Positions 30,561 to 40,454 of a stretch of DNA of 64,000 nt are shown piece by piece. Location: contig JBDHXA010000003.1 in NCBI GenBank assembly GCA_039810485.1, positions 2,446-66,445 on the forward strand. Direction: 5' to 3'. The position numbers were made by a program, and so were the translations under genes. Numbering within the stretch: the stretch's first letter is position 1; every line of letters begins with the position of its first letter. The notes under the pieces are model-generated. The model did no database searches. It was given only the letters and a program-made list of their open reading frames with translations, and was not told the DNA's origin. The DNA comes from Chlorobiota bacterium (lineage in GTDB: Bacteria > Bacteroidota > Ignavibacteria > Kapaibacteriales > UBA961).

Positions 30561-31013
30561 TTATTTTTTCGGCAGAGTTATATAATTAACTTGCGCAATG
30601 GCTGTTAATTTATTATTCTCATCAAATAAATCCACATTGATAAGAGATAGTGTTCTTCCACGTTTTACTACATTAGCATGAACAATAGCGTCAGTGGTGC
30701 AGGGAGACAAAAAGCGTATATTCATATCAGTAGTGGCAAATTCAAAATCAACACCTGTTTTTGTTAATAATGCAACAAGCGCAATAGTGTCTGCTGCGGT
30801 CATTAGCATTCCGCCATGATAAGAATTGAAAACTCCGTCGAACTCCTTATGGTGCGGAACAATTGCTCTGCATTTTCCATCTGAAAGAAAAAGAATTTTT
30901 ACATTGAGTGTAAAAAATATAGGAATTAAGCGCAGACGATCAGCAATATCATTTGCCAAACTTTCTTGAATGTCATAATCAAAAGATATGTTGTTCATTT
31001 TTATTCTGTTCAT
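30561..31013 (-). CDS. PaaI/YbgC-type hotdog-fold thioesterase
   Basis: HGGMLMTAADTIALVALLT matches the uncharacterised-domain-1 thioesterase core. The start is taken at MNRIKM to avoid overlapping the upstream gene. Confidence 0.6.
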   Translation of the reverse strand: MNRIKMNNISFDYDIQESLANDIADRLRLIPIFFTLNVKILFLSDGKCRAIVPHHKEFDGVFNSYHGGMLMTAADTIALVALLTKTGVDFEFATTDMNIRFLSPCTTDAIVHANVVKRGRTLSLINVDLFDENNKLTAIAQVNYITLPKK

Positions 31014-31048
31014 AGCGCAAGTAATGTCGCTGAAATTTACTAGCCATA

Positions 31049-32533
31049 TTATCCAAACCATTCTTGAACAATTTTTTTCTCATTGGTTTTATATGATTTA
31101 TGTACAAATTCATTTGTAATGTTATTATATTGATAATCTTCTTGCCACTCATTATAATTCAAAGCGATTTGTCGGATCGAATCAATAATAATATCTATTT
31201 CTTGATCTGTCATAATTGGATGAATTGAAATTCTTATCCAGCCCGGTTTTTCCGATAAATCTCCTTGATTGATCTTGCATGTGATTTCTTTTGACATTTC
31301 TCTTGACACTCCAAGCAAAAAGTGTCCATAGGTGCCAGCGCACGAACAGCCGCCTCTCGATTGAATTCCGAATCTGTCATTAAGTAACTTTACACCTAAA
31401 TTATAGTGAAGCCCTTCTATATAAAAAGATAGAACTCCAAGCCGATTTTCAACATTGCCAGCTAGTAAATAAAGATTTGGGATAGATTTCAATCTCGGAA
31501 TTAGTGTATGTAATATTTCCTCTTCGCGATTTAAGATATTCTCTGTCTTCATTTCTTCTTTGAGTTTAATGCAAAGAGCTATTTTAATTGTTTGCAGAAA
31601 TGGAGGCGTGCCGCCGTCTTCTCTATTTTCAATATCATCAATGTAAGTATGTTCTTTCCACGGATTTGTCCATTTGACTGTGCCGCCGCCCGGGTTGTCA
31701 GGCACAGATAATTTATAAAGCGATGAATTAAAAATAATAACGCCTGTTGTTCCAGGCCCACCAAGAAATTTATGCGGCGAAAAGTAAATTGCATCAAGAT
31801 ACTGCAAAGGGTTAGATGGGTGCATATCAATTTGCACATAAGGAGCCGAACACGCGAAATCTACAAAGCAATAGCCGCCATACTTGTGCATCTTTTCAGC
31901 GATTTCAAAGTAAGGCGTTTGTATTCCGGTAACATTTGAACACGCTGTTACAGAAGCATATTTTACTTTTCTATCTTTATATTTTTCGAGCAGATTTCCC
32001 AAATTATCAAGATTAATTAATCCTTGTTCGTTCGGCATTATCCACTCAATATCGCAAATTGTTTCCAACCATGATGTCTGATTAGAATGATGCTCCATGT
32101 GAGTTATAAATACAACCGGCCTCTCTATTTCTTCAAATCGTATTGAATTTTTATACTGCTCAGGAATGCGAAGCCCTAAAATCCTATGAAATTTATTAAT
32201 AACTCCGGTCATTCCCGATCCATAGGAAATAATGCAATCTTTTTCGTTGGCATTTACATGCATTTTAATGATGTTCCGCGCTTCATGATATGCTAATGTC
32301 ATTAAACTGCCTGTTATTGAAGTTTCTGTATGCGTATTGGCAACAAAAGGGCCGAATACATTCATAATTTTTTCTTCAATCGGCTTATACAATCGTCCAC
32401 TTGCAGTCCAATCGGCATAAATAATGCGTTTTTCACCGAAAGGCGATACAAATCTTTGATCTATGCCTATAATATTATTTCTAAACCGAGTGAAATAGCT
32501 TTCAAGATTCGATGTTTGATTATTTTCCGGCAT
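31049..32533 (-). CDS. Aminotransferase class V family protein (cysteine desulfurase / SufS-like fold)
   Basis: A PLP-dependent fold. SPHKFLGGPGTTGV carries the Lys of a class V enzyme. At 494 aa it is unusually long. Confidence 0.5.
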   Translation of the reverse strand: MPENNQTSNLESYFTRFRNNIIGIDQRFVSPFGEKRIIYADWTASGRLYKPIEEKIMNVFGPFVANTHTETSITGSLMTLAYHEARNIIKMHVNANEKDCIISYGSGMTGVINKFHRILGLRIPEQYKNSIRFEEIERPVVFITHMEHHSNQTSWLETICDIEWIMPNEQGLINLDNLGNLLEKYKDRKVKYASVTACSNVTGIQTPYFEIAEKMHKYGGYCFVDFACSAPYVQIDMHPSNPLQYLDAIYFSPHKFLGGPGTTGVIIFNSSLYKLSVPDNPGGGTVKWTNPWKEHTYIDDIENREDGGTPPFLQTIKIALCIKLKEEMKTENILNREEEILHTLIPRLKSIPNLYLLAGNVENRLGVLSFYIEGLHYNLGVKLLNDRFGIQSRGGCSCAGTYGHFLLGVSREMSKEITCKINQGDLSEKPGWIRISIHPIMTDQEIDIIIDSIRQIALNYNEWQEDYQYNNITNEFVHKSYKTNEKKIVQEWFG

Positions 32534-32671
32534 ATAGATTTAATCTATATTTATTTAAAATAGTTTTATTATATTTTTATAACAATGCGCATTCTATTGT
32601 AGTTATCAGTATTATGAAGTGTTTCAAAGGAAATATATCAACTATAAAGCTAACAAACAACGGACTCAATA

Positions 32672-34150
32672 TTAAAACATCTCATTTTCTTCTTTTATAA
32701 TTTTGCGTAATCCTCCAAGATTACCATTGCTGAATAATAAAATCACATCATTTGGCATAAGCAACGAGTGAAGTAATTCTGCAAGTTCAAATCCCCAATT
32801 TCCTTGTTCGGCAGTTGATCCAGTAACTAAGTGCGTTGTAATTCCCTTACTTTCAATGTCATTTTGAAGCTTGGTCAAATCGAGACGTTCATCAACAGCA
32901 TAGCGTTCGGGACGATTTAACGGGCAAAACACAACCAATGCGGATCCTATAAAACACTCCGTTAATTCTTTTTGAAAAATTGAGCGTGTTGTTGTATTGC
33001 TTCGCGGTTCGAAACATACAATTAGGCGACGTTTCGGAAATTTTTGTTGTGCGGCATGCAATGTTTCAGCAATTGCAGTCGGGTGATGTGCAAAGTCATC
33101 TACAACAATAGCACCTTTCCATTTGCCAAGAACTTCAAGGCGACGTTTAGGCAGTTTAAAATTAATAAACCCGTTAAGCAATGAGAATATTGCTTCAGAC
33201 AGAGAAAAATGTTGTTTGCGAAAAGCGGCATCATATTGCATTGCTGATAATGATGCAGCAATAGCCGCCACAGCATTGCGCACATTCATTTCACCAAACA
33301 GCGGTGTAGCTATTCGCCCTATTATCTCTGACGATTTCAACAATGTAAAAGCTGTGCCTTCAGAAGAATACTCAATTTCAACGGCTCTCCATAAAGCATC
33401 TTCTTCAATGCCAAAAGTTTCCACTTTCGCCAAAGCGCTATCAGCCACGCTACGGCAAAGTGAATTGGCACTATTAACAAGCAAAGATCCGCTTTGGGGC
33501 ACAAGCCGAGCAAATAATCTGAAAGATTTGGCAATGTCGTCTATCGAATCAAAAACATCAGCATGGTCAAATTCAATATTATTAATCACTGCAATATCTG
33601 GACGATAATGCATAAATTTTGATCTTTTATCAAAAAAAGCAGCATCATATTCATCGCCTTCCGACACGAATATGCCATTTTGTTTTGGTCGGCAGCCAAC
33701 ATTAAAATTACCCGGCACACCGCCAATAAGAAAGCCCGGAGATGTTCCGGCATAATCTAAAAGCCATGCTGTCAACGATGACACGGTAGTTTTTCCATGG
33801 GTTCCAGAAATAACTACAGATGTATTTTGCCCTATGAGTATGCGCCCTATAAGTTCAGGCATAGAAATAATGCGCAAACGATTGTCAAGAGCATATTCTA
33901 ACTCGATATTGTCACGAGAAATAGCATTTCCTACAACAATGATTGCGTTGTTTTTATTTTCAAGGTTTTTTTCGCTGTAGCCCTCATAATATTCGATTCC
34001 AGAATTGCTTAATATTTCGCTCATTGGAGGATAAATTGCATTATCCGAACCGCCGACTGACAAGCCGTTTGCCGCACATGCAAGCGCAACATTTCCCATT
34101 GCTGTGCCGCCAATTCCAATAAAATATAGTTGAGAAGAAATATCAAACAT
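32672..34150 (-). CDS. mpl: UDP-N-acetylmuramate:L-alanyl-gamma-D-glutamyl-meso-DAP ligase (murein peptide ligase) or a MurC paralogue
   Basis: FIGIGGTAMGNVALACAANGLSVGGSDNAIYPPMS matches the Mpl N-terminus better than MurC. GTHGKTTVSSL is the P-loop. Confidence 0.6.
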   Translation of the reverse strand: MFDISSQLYFIGIGGTAMGNVALACAANGLSVGGSDNAIYPPMSEILSNSGIEYYEGYSEKNLENKNNAIIVVGNAISRDNIELEYALDNRLRIISMPELIGRILIGQNTSVVISGTHGKTTVSSLTAWLLDYAGTSPGFLIGGVPGNFNVGCRPKQNGIFVSEGDEYDAAFFDKRSKFMHYRPDIAVINNIEFDHADVFDSIDDIAKSFRLFARLVPQSGSLLVNSANSLCRSVADSALAKVETFGIEEDALWRAVEIEYSSEGTAFTLLKSSEIIGRIATPLFGEMNVRNAVAAIAASLSAMQYDAAFRKQHFSLSEAIFSLLNGFINFKLPKRRLEVLGKWKGAIVVDDFAHHPTAIAETLHAAQQKFPKRRLIVCFEPRSNTTTRSIFQKELTECFIGSALVVFCPLNRPERYAVDERLDLTKLQNDIESKGITTHLVTGSTAEQGNWGFELAELLHSLLMPNDVILLFSNGNLGGLRKIIKEENEMF

Positions 34151-34204
34151 AAACTTATAGAGTAATTATAATGAATATTTAAATTTTTGCTGCATTCCTA
34201 ATAT

Positions 34205-35065
34205 TTACATAGATTCAAAAGCGATTGCCAGCCATTCGCCTTCTGACTTTACAGAAAGCGTGTGGAATCCGGACGATTCGGCGGCTGTGCAAATATCTTC
34301 GAGGTCATAAACCAAAATACCAGAAACAATAAGAACTCCTTTGCTATTCGTAAGAGCTTTGCGAAAACGAGGAAAAACCGGCACAAGAAGATTCCGAAAA
34401 AGATTGGCAACAATTCCGTCTGACTGCGGCAGATCAACAAAAAAAACATCTGCCTGACTGCACAGCACAATATCTCTCACATTATTTGAAGCAATATTTT
34501 CAGCGCAATTATCTACAGCCCACGCATCATTGTCGAAAGCAAATATATTTGAAGCGCCAAGACGCGCAGCAAGTATAGACAATATGCCAGTACCCGAACC
34601 TGCATCAATCCAGTGAGATTTTGGACGCACATATTGTTCGAGGAATTGGCATACCATGCGTGTAGTTGGGTGATAGCCGGTTCCAAACGACATTTTTGGA
34701 TCTATGCGCAAAATTATTTCTGCCGCAGGAATATCTTCAGCCCAAGACGGTGCTATTACAATTCTTTCGCTAACAATAACCGGTTGCAAAGATTTTTCAA
34801 ATTCAGCATTCCAATTTTGGGCAGTAAGCGGTTCTACTTGCCCAATTTCTACAGAAATCCCAATATTTTTTAGATTATTTTCCAATTCTTCTATTGAAAT
34901 TGTCGCAAAATCAATTGACGTAAATGAAATAACAAGTTCGTCGAAACGTTCTTCAATGCCAAGCATTGGAAGCAAAGAAATTATTCCCAATGCAATGTCG
35001 AATTGCTCTTCAGGAATATGAAGGTGAACATTTATATAATCTGCGTCAGAAATGCTGGAAGTCAT
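34205..35065 (-). CDS. prmA: Ribosomal protein L11 methyltransferase
   Basis: GTGYHPTTRMV and DAGSGTGILSILAARLGA. Confidence 0.8.
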   Translation of the reverse strand: MTSSISDADYINVHLHIPEEQFDIALGIISLLPMLGIEERFDELVISFTSIDFATISIEELENNLKNIGISVEIGQVEPLTAQNWNAEFEKSLQPVIVSERIVIAPSWAEDIPAAEIILRIDPKMSFGTGYHPTTRMVCQFLEQYVRPKSHWIDAGSGTGILSILAARLGASNIFAFDNDAWAVDNCAENIASNNVRDIVLCSQADVFFVDLPQSDGIVANLFRNLLVPVFPRFRKALTNSKGVLIVSGILVYDLEDICTAAESSGFHTLSVKSEGEWLAIAFESM

Positions 35066-35118
35066 GCGTTATAGATAAATATTTACAAACATAAAATGCA
35101 AAAGTAGAATAAATTACC

Positions 35119-35658
35119 ATGTTAATGGAAGAAGCCAATAAATTTTTATTGGAAGAGAAATTGAGACGCATAGAACTTGTTGTAATGGACGTTGATGGAA
35201 CATTGACCGACGGAGCTATGTATTACTCAGCCGAAGGCGAGGCAATGAAACGATTTTCCACTCGCGATGGCATGGGCATAACATTGCTTCACCGCGCAGG
35301 AATACGCACTGCCATTATCACAAGCGAAGATTCTCCCATCGTTATAGCGCGGGCTGCAAAGTTAATGATTGGCAGCGTAATTATTGGTTCACGCAATAAG
35401 AAGCAATCATTGCTAGAACTAGTAGAAAAAGTCGGCACGATTTTGGAGAGAGTTGCTTATATTGGCGATGATGTTAATGATGCAGTCCCAATGAATATGT
35501 GCGGAGGTAGCGCCTGCCCTGCAGATGCAGTTGAAATAATACGCTCGACAGCGCAATTTATAAGCAGGCATAATGGTGGAAACGGAGCGGTTCGAGAATT
35601 TGCAGAAGCCATACTAAAAGCGCAAAATAAGCCTATTACTCTTCCTGAACAATGGTGA
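35119..35658 (+). CDS. kdsC: 3-deoxy-D-manno-octulosonate 8-phosphate phosphatase (HAD family)
   Basis: LVVMDVDGTLTDG, IGDDVNDAVPM, and a size of about 180 aa. Confidence 0.7.
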   Translation: MLMEEANKFLLEEKLRRIELVVMDVDGTLTDGAMYYSAEGEAMKRFSTRDGMGITLLHRAGIRTAIITSEDSPIVIARAAKLMIGSVIIGSRNKKQSLLELVEKVGTILERVAYIGDDVNDAVPMNMCGGSACPADAVEIIRSTAQFISRHNGGNGAVREFAEAILKAQNKPITLPEQW

Positions 35659-35732
35659 TATTTTCGCTTTGCGAACGATTGATAATCAAACGATAATTTT
35701 AATCAACTACAATAATTGCAAGGAAAATAATT

Positions 35733-36179
35733 ATGAGCAGCGAAAAAGATGTGGTAGATTCTTATGCCAAAGGTTTTTTCTTAGGCGCATTAATCGGCGG
35801 TGCCGTAGGTGCTGTTTCGGCATTATTATTGGCCCCTAAAAGCGGCCGTGAATTGCGGCGCGATATAGCTGATAAATCAAGCGAAATTTATGGTAAAGCC
35901 AATTATTATTTTGGCGAAGTGCAAGAAGACATGATAGATTTGGTAAATCAAGGTCGTGAAAAGGCAGAAGGAATTGTTTCCGCTGCAAAACGACAAGCCG
36001 AATCAATCCTCGCAAAGGCAGACAACACTATGCAGGAAGCACGATTTCGCGCGGCAAACACTAAAGATGCCTTACAAGACGGAGTATCTCGAGTTCGCGA
36101 CGCAACACGTGCAGGTGCCGACGCATTTCGCAAAGAAATGAGCGGCAATTCCGATGAACATGAGACAGAATTACTCTAA
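35733..36179 (+). CDS. YtxH-like protein
   Basis: GFFLGALIGGAVGAVSALLLAPKSGRELRRDI at the N-terminus. Confidence 0.6.
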   Translation: MSSEKDVVDSYAKGFFLGALIGGAVGAVSALLLAPKSGRELRRDIADKSSEIYGKANYYFGEVQEDMIDLVNQGREKAEGIVSAAKRQAESILAKADNTMQEARFRAANTKDALQDGVSRVRDATRAGADAFRKEMSGNSDEHETELL

Positions 36180-36182
36180 CTT

Positions 36183-36602
36183 TTGATTATGGATATAACA
36201 CTCATTATCTTTGAAATTATTGCATTGACGGCTTTTGCATCGCTGTGCATTGCTTTGCTGATTGGAGTTAAGCGGGCTTTGCTTTTATTTAACAAAACTT
36301 CCCAATCACTAGACGAAATGACAGCGTTGATGCGCACAATCGAAGGCAATTTAACGCCGGTTGCTCAAACGTTAGACATTACATTAAAACAAACAACTGA
36401 AACGCTTGAGCGCATAGACAAAGAAATCGAAAATGCCTCTGCTATCGTAGGACATTTTCGTGCTGTTGCAGGACGCATTGACGATCTTGAACAGCGTTTG
36501 CATCAGAAAGTAGAGCGTCCGCTTTTGCAGGCAGCCACACTGATTTCCGGTGTTTCGAAAGCAGTTATCGCATTTTACGATACATTTGCCCGAAAACGCT
36601 GA
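36183..36602 (+). CDS. DUF948-like membrane-anchored coiled-coil protein
   Basis: An N-terminal TM segment plus a helical region. It is paired with the YtxH-like gene. Confidence 0.4.
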   Translation: MIMDITLIIFEIIALTAFASLCIALLIGVKRALLLFNKTSQSLDEMTALMRTIEGNLTPVAQTLDITLKQTTETLERIDKEIENASAIVGHFRAVAGRIDDLEQRLHQKVERPLLQAATLISGVSKAVIAFYDTFARKR

Positions 36603-36617
36603 TTAGCGTTAAATTCT

Positions 36618-36989
36618 ATGTTGCGAACATTATTTATTGTTGGAATCGGCGGATTCGCAGGCAGTATTGCACGGTATATCCTCAGCTTTGCGGCATTAAA
36701 AACATTGCCAATCGGCTTTCCATTAGGCACTTTGTTGGCAAATATTCTCGGTTGTTTTCTTATAGGAATATTCTACGGATGCTCAGACCGATATGCGTGG
36801 TTCTCGCCGGAACTGCGCATTTTTTTAACAGCTGGCTTTTGCGGCGGCTTTACGACATTTTCATCATTTTCCTACGAAAACATTCAACTTTTTGAATCAG
36901 GCCGCTATCTTGCTTTTGCAATCTACGTAGGCGGAAGTTTCGCAATCAGTATAAGTGCAACGGCAGCTGGAATTGCAATAATGCGATAA
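36618..36989 (+). CDS. crcB: Fluoride ion channel CrcB/FluC
   Basis: GGFAGSIARY and GFCGGFTTFSSFSYE, with four TM helices over 123 aa. Confidence 0.85.
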   Translation: MLRTLFIVGIGGFAGSIARYILSFAALKTLPIGFPLGTLLANILGCFLIGIFYGCSDRYAWFSPELRIFLTAGFCGGFTTFSSFSYENIQLFESGRYLAFAIYVGGSFAISISATAAGIAIMR

Positions 36990-37147
36990 TCTTTATCTGC
37001 TATTTTTCAATAATTTCTAGTAAAATATTCTTTTTGCTTTATAGTAAGTTTTTAATGCAAAGAAATATCGCTTTATCATCTGTTAAATTATGCTTTAACA
37101 TATCTTTATGTGAAGAGAGTAATAAGAAATCTGCGAGCTAAATACTG

Positions 37148-37351
37148 TTAAATTCCCTTCGATTTGCGGTACTCTGTTATGGACAAGCCGGCAATCGCAT
37201 AATTTTCGGGCTTCATATCATTAATAATTATACGCACATCATCGGCAGGCGAACCAATTGCGGCAATGACAGCGTCTGCAATTCCCTTAACTAATTTTCT
37301 TTTTTGCTCTACTGTGCGACCTTCCACTATATTGACAGTGATTATCGGCAT
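37148..37351 (-). CDS. 4-oxalocrotonate tautomerase family protein
   Basis: MPIITVNIVEGRTVEQKRKL with the Pro1 catalytic residue, 67 aa. Confidence 0.75.
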   Translation of the reverse strand: MPIITVNIVEGRTVEQKRKLVKGIADAVIAAIGSPADDVRIIINDMKPENYAIAGLSITEYRKSKGI

Positions 37352-37416
37352 ACAATCATGGATAATTGTAAAAATTATATTCTTTTGGTAAGATTAAGCA
37401 ACGTAAACAAACAACT

Positions 37417-38136
37417 TTAAAAAGTCATTAAAGTGCGAAGCAATTCGGCCCATTTGGTAACAAGTAAAACGCGATAACCGAGATACGTGCCAACTCCTAT
37501 CATAGTCAGACCTGCAAACTGATGAATGCGCAATGTGAGTGCCGGGCTAAAACGCGAGCGATAATGCGAAACAAAACGCAAAAGCGAATACAGCCAGCAA
37601 AAATTGCCAATGCCAAAACCTAATGAAAACAAGACACTGTCGACAAATGAAGCGCCAACTAAACCAAAATGTTGGACACCCATGGTTGTGTAGCCGAGTG
37701 AAGGTAGGAAAGTTGGATTTGCAATGTTTGCAAGAGCTATGCCTACGCCAAGAAAGAAAGGGCCATTGCTTTGTAGACGTCGCGAGTACTCGTAAAGCAA
37801 AGATTTTTTAGGAGCTTTATTTTTTGTTGATGAGTCGGAAGAGCGAAATTGCAAAATTCCATACGCTACAATAATTGCAACAACTACAGCTTGAAAACTA
37901 AGTTGTGCAAGAGGATAATGAGAAAAGAATTGCTCGAGCGTCTGAAAAATTGCACTAGTAGCTAAAATGGCTATCATGCAAAAAAGTATGTCCATCACTC
38001 CTGCGCCTGCAGCAATAGAAACTCCGCATTTCTCGTCGCCGCGCATCCCTGATTTTAGTACTGTAACACCTACTGGCCCAGGTGGAATCGCTAAAACATA
38101 ACCGACTATAACCCCAGAAAGTAGCGAAAGCATCAT
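37417..38136 (-). CDS. LysE/RhtB family amino-acid exporter
   Basis: The N-terminal AIPPGPV motif and a six-TM topology. Confidence 0.55.
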   Translation of the reverse strand: MMLSLLSGVIVGYVLAIPPGPVGVTVLKSGMRGDEKCGVSIAAGAGVMDILFCMIAILATSAIFQTLEQFFSHYPLAQLSFQAVVVAIIVAYGILQFRSSDSSTKNKAPKKSLLYEYSRRLQSNGPFFLGVGIALANIANPTFLPSLGYTTMGVQHFGLVGASFVDSVLFSLGFGIGNFCWLYSLLRFVSHYRSRFSPALTLRIHQFAGLTMIGVGTYLGYRVLLVTKWAELLRTLMTF

Positions 38137-38278
38137 ATTGTAGTCTCAATAATTCGACAATCTGCTGCATAATTGTCTGCTAAGTGTGTAAATTTTTGCA
38201 CACTTCAAGCAAAGTTACCACATCATTTTATTTTTGCCAAGCAAAATTTAAAAATAATTACAAATAGAAGCCGTGAAA

Positions 38279-38944
38279 TTAATTGACCTTATGCAATCTG
38301 CCTATAATTGTTTCGCCGCCAATTACTCGATCGCCAACTTTTACATGTAAATCGGTATTGGGTGCGACAATTACATCCATTCGCGAACCAAACTTCATCA
38401 TTCCAATTTTATCGCCTGCCTGAAGTTTTTCTCCGGTTTTAACTTCACAAACAATGCGCCTAGCCAAATATCCGGTGATTTGTTTGAACAGCACTTTGCC
38501 TGCTTCTGTCCGCACTCCCACACGGCTTTGCTCGTTTTTCTCGCTTGATTTTGGATGCCAAGCGACAAGATAGTCACCAGGCAAATATTTGAAAAACTCA
38601 ACAAGACCATTGACAGGCGAACGGTTCACATGCACATCTAAAGGCGATAAAAATATGCTTATTTGCAAAGCTTCGCTGCATAAATATTCTTCTTCAAAGA
38701 TTGGAATAATTTGCACAATCTTCCCGTCAGCAGGCGATAAAACAGCTGTATATTCGCTTGCTTGCAAAGGAATTGAGCGTTTTGGATCGCGAAAAAACCA
38801 TAATGAAAAACAGTTGATGGTTAAGCCGAAAACAAACAGAGCCACAAAGAGAATTCCGGTTGTAAAAAACCACGAAGCAGCACAAATGACTAATCCGACA
38901 AATAGCAAAATAAAAAAATTATCGTATCCGTAGCGAGTAAACAT
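38279..38944 (-). CDS. psd: Phosphatidylserine decarboxylase-related proenzyme (short type)
   Basis: FFRDPKR, a GDKIGMMKFGSRMD region that contains the self-cleavage FGS motif, and an N-terminal TM segment. Confidence 0.65.
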   Translation of the reverse strand: MFTRYGYDNFFILLFVGLVICAASWFFTTGILFVALFVFGLTINCFSLWFFRDPKRSIPLQASEYTAVLSPADGKIVQIIPIFEEEYLCSEALQISIFLSPLDVHVNRSPVNGLVEFFKYLPGDYLVAWHPKSSEKNEQSRVGVRTEAGKVLFKQITGYLARRIVCEVKTGEKLQAGDKIGMMKFGSRMDVIVAPNTDLHVKVGDRVIGGETIIGRLHKVN

Positions 38945-39086
38945 AAATTATAGTTTATTTGAAGTTCGGCCGTATTTCAACAATAAATACTGCCTGAATA
39001 TTCGGTCAAAATTGACTCTATTTTCGTAACTTTGTTGCTTATACTTACAAAAATACGAGTTCTATCACCTCTTTCTTCACAGCAAA

Positions 39087-40208
39087 ATGAGATTTTCCAT
39101 TGCACTCAACGACTTTCAAAAATTACTGCAAAAAGTAATGCCGGCTGTACCGTCAAAATCTACTCTTCCAATTCTTGAACATTTTTTGCTTAGAGTCAGC
39201 GACGGCGAAATTTCAATAACAGCAACTGACCTTGAATTAACCATAATTGCTGCAATGCAGGTAGAAACAGAATCGTCTGGCGCAGCATTAGTGCCGGCGC
39301 GAAAACTGACTGAAATTATTAAAGCATTGGCTGGCGCCGAAGGAAGCGTTGCTTTTTCTTGTGATGAGAACTATGACATATCGTTAGCAACGTCTTTCGG
39401 ACAATACTCAATGAAAGGAATGAGTGATGCCGAATACCCTCATATTCCAGAACTTCATGGCGAAGACGAAGCGTTTCTAACCGCAGCCAACATAATGCGA
39501 ATTGCCAATAAAACATCCTTTGCCGTTTCCAATGATGAGTACAAACCTGCAATGAACGGCGTATTTCTTCACTTTAATGGAACGAATGTAAAAGCTGCCG
39601 CCACAGATGGCTTTCGTCTTTCACAAGTTATTATCAAGTCCGAATCCGGCGAGCAATTGTATCCTGAGCAGCTAAAAGTAATAATTCCTGCTCGAATGGC
39701 AGAGCTTCTGCGAAAAGTTGATTCAGATGTAAAGGTTACCGTCAGCAAAACTCACGCACAATTCGTGATGAATGACACAACAATTTTAACTCGCTTGATT
39801 AACGAAACTTTTCCTCAATATGAAAATGTAATTCCTACTGACAATGACAAAATGATGATAGTTAATAACCGAGATTTATTGGCTGCAATTAAACGTGTAT
39901 CCTTATTTGCAAACACAGCTTCTCGACAAATACGATTCTCAATAAAGCCTACTTTACTAACCGTAAGCACAGAAGATATTGGAAATGGCAATCATGCAAG
40001 CGAGGATGTTCGCTGTGAATTCAACCAAGAAGAATTTGAAATCGGATTTAACTATAAATACGTCGAAGAAGCATTGCAAAATATGGACGTATCCGATACA
40101 AACACTGAATCGGTATTTCTATTTTCTTTAGCTTCACGCGCATCTTTGTTGAAAAATCATCTTGATGATGATGCATTGCTTATGTTAGTGATGCCGGTTC
40201 GTTATTGA
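39087..40208 (+). CDS. dnaN: DNA polymerase III beta subunit (sliding clamp)
   Basis: MRFSIALNDFQKLLQKVMPAVPSKSTLPILEHFLL, a three-domain length, and a C-terminal LMLVMPVR. Confidence 0.85.
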   Translation: MRFSIALNDFQKLLQKVMPAVPSKSTLPILEHFLLRVSDGEISITATDLELTIIAAMQVETESSGAALVPARKLTEIIKALAGAEGSVAFSCDENYDISLATSFGQYSMKGMSDAEYPHIPELHGEDEAFLTAANIMRIANKTSFAVSNDEYKPAMNGVFLHFNGTNVKAAATDGFRLSQVIIKSESGEQLYPEQLKVIIPARMAELLRKVDSDVKVTVSKTHAQFVMNDTTILTRLINETFPQYENVIPTDNDKMMIVNNRDLLAAIKRVSLFANTASRQIRFSIKPTLLTVSTEDIGNGNHASEDVRCEFNQEEFEIGFNYKYVEEALQNMDVSDTNTESVFLFSLASRASLLKNHLDDDALLMLVMPVRY

Positions 40209-40263
40209 TTATCTTCTGAACATCTTTTTGAGAAATATTAACCATTCATAGCTCTCTTATTTG

Positions 40264-40314
40264 GCGCGAATTGCTTGGTAAGAATTGCCTTTAATGGCAA
40301 TTCGCGTTTTTTTT
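40264..40314 (+). terminator. Rho-independent terminator of dnaN
   Basis: The hairpin gaattgcc-tttaat-ggcaattc, nested in cgcgaattgc...gcaattcgcg, is followed by T8. Confidence 0.7.
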
Positions 40315-40454
40315 CTTGTTTTAATTTCCAGTTTTTGCTTAATGTCTTCACCGAAATGTATGTGATAAATTTGAATACCTACTGTAATAGAACAGAAACA
40401 AAAGTTACGGCTCAAACAACGCTTAAAGACCAGAAAATATTAAAAGGAAAAGTA

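Noticed and set aside
38945-39086. The dnaN upstream region as oriC, with DnaA boxes
   Set aside because: No TTATCCACA/TGTGGATAA-like 9-mers are visible by eye. The region is only 142 bp and looks like a plain promoter.
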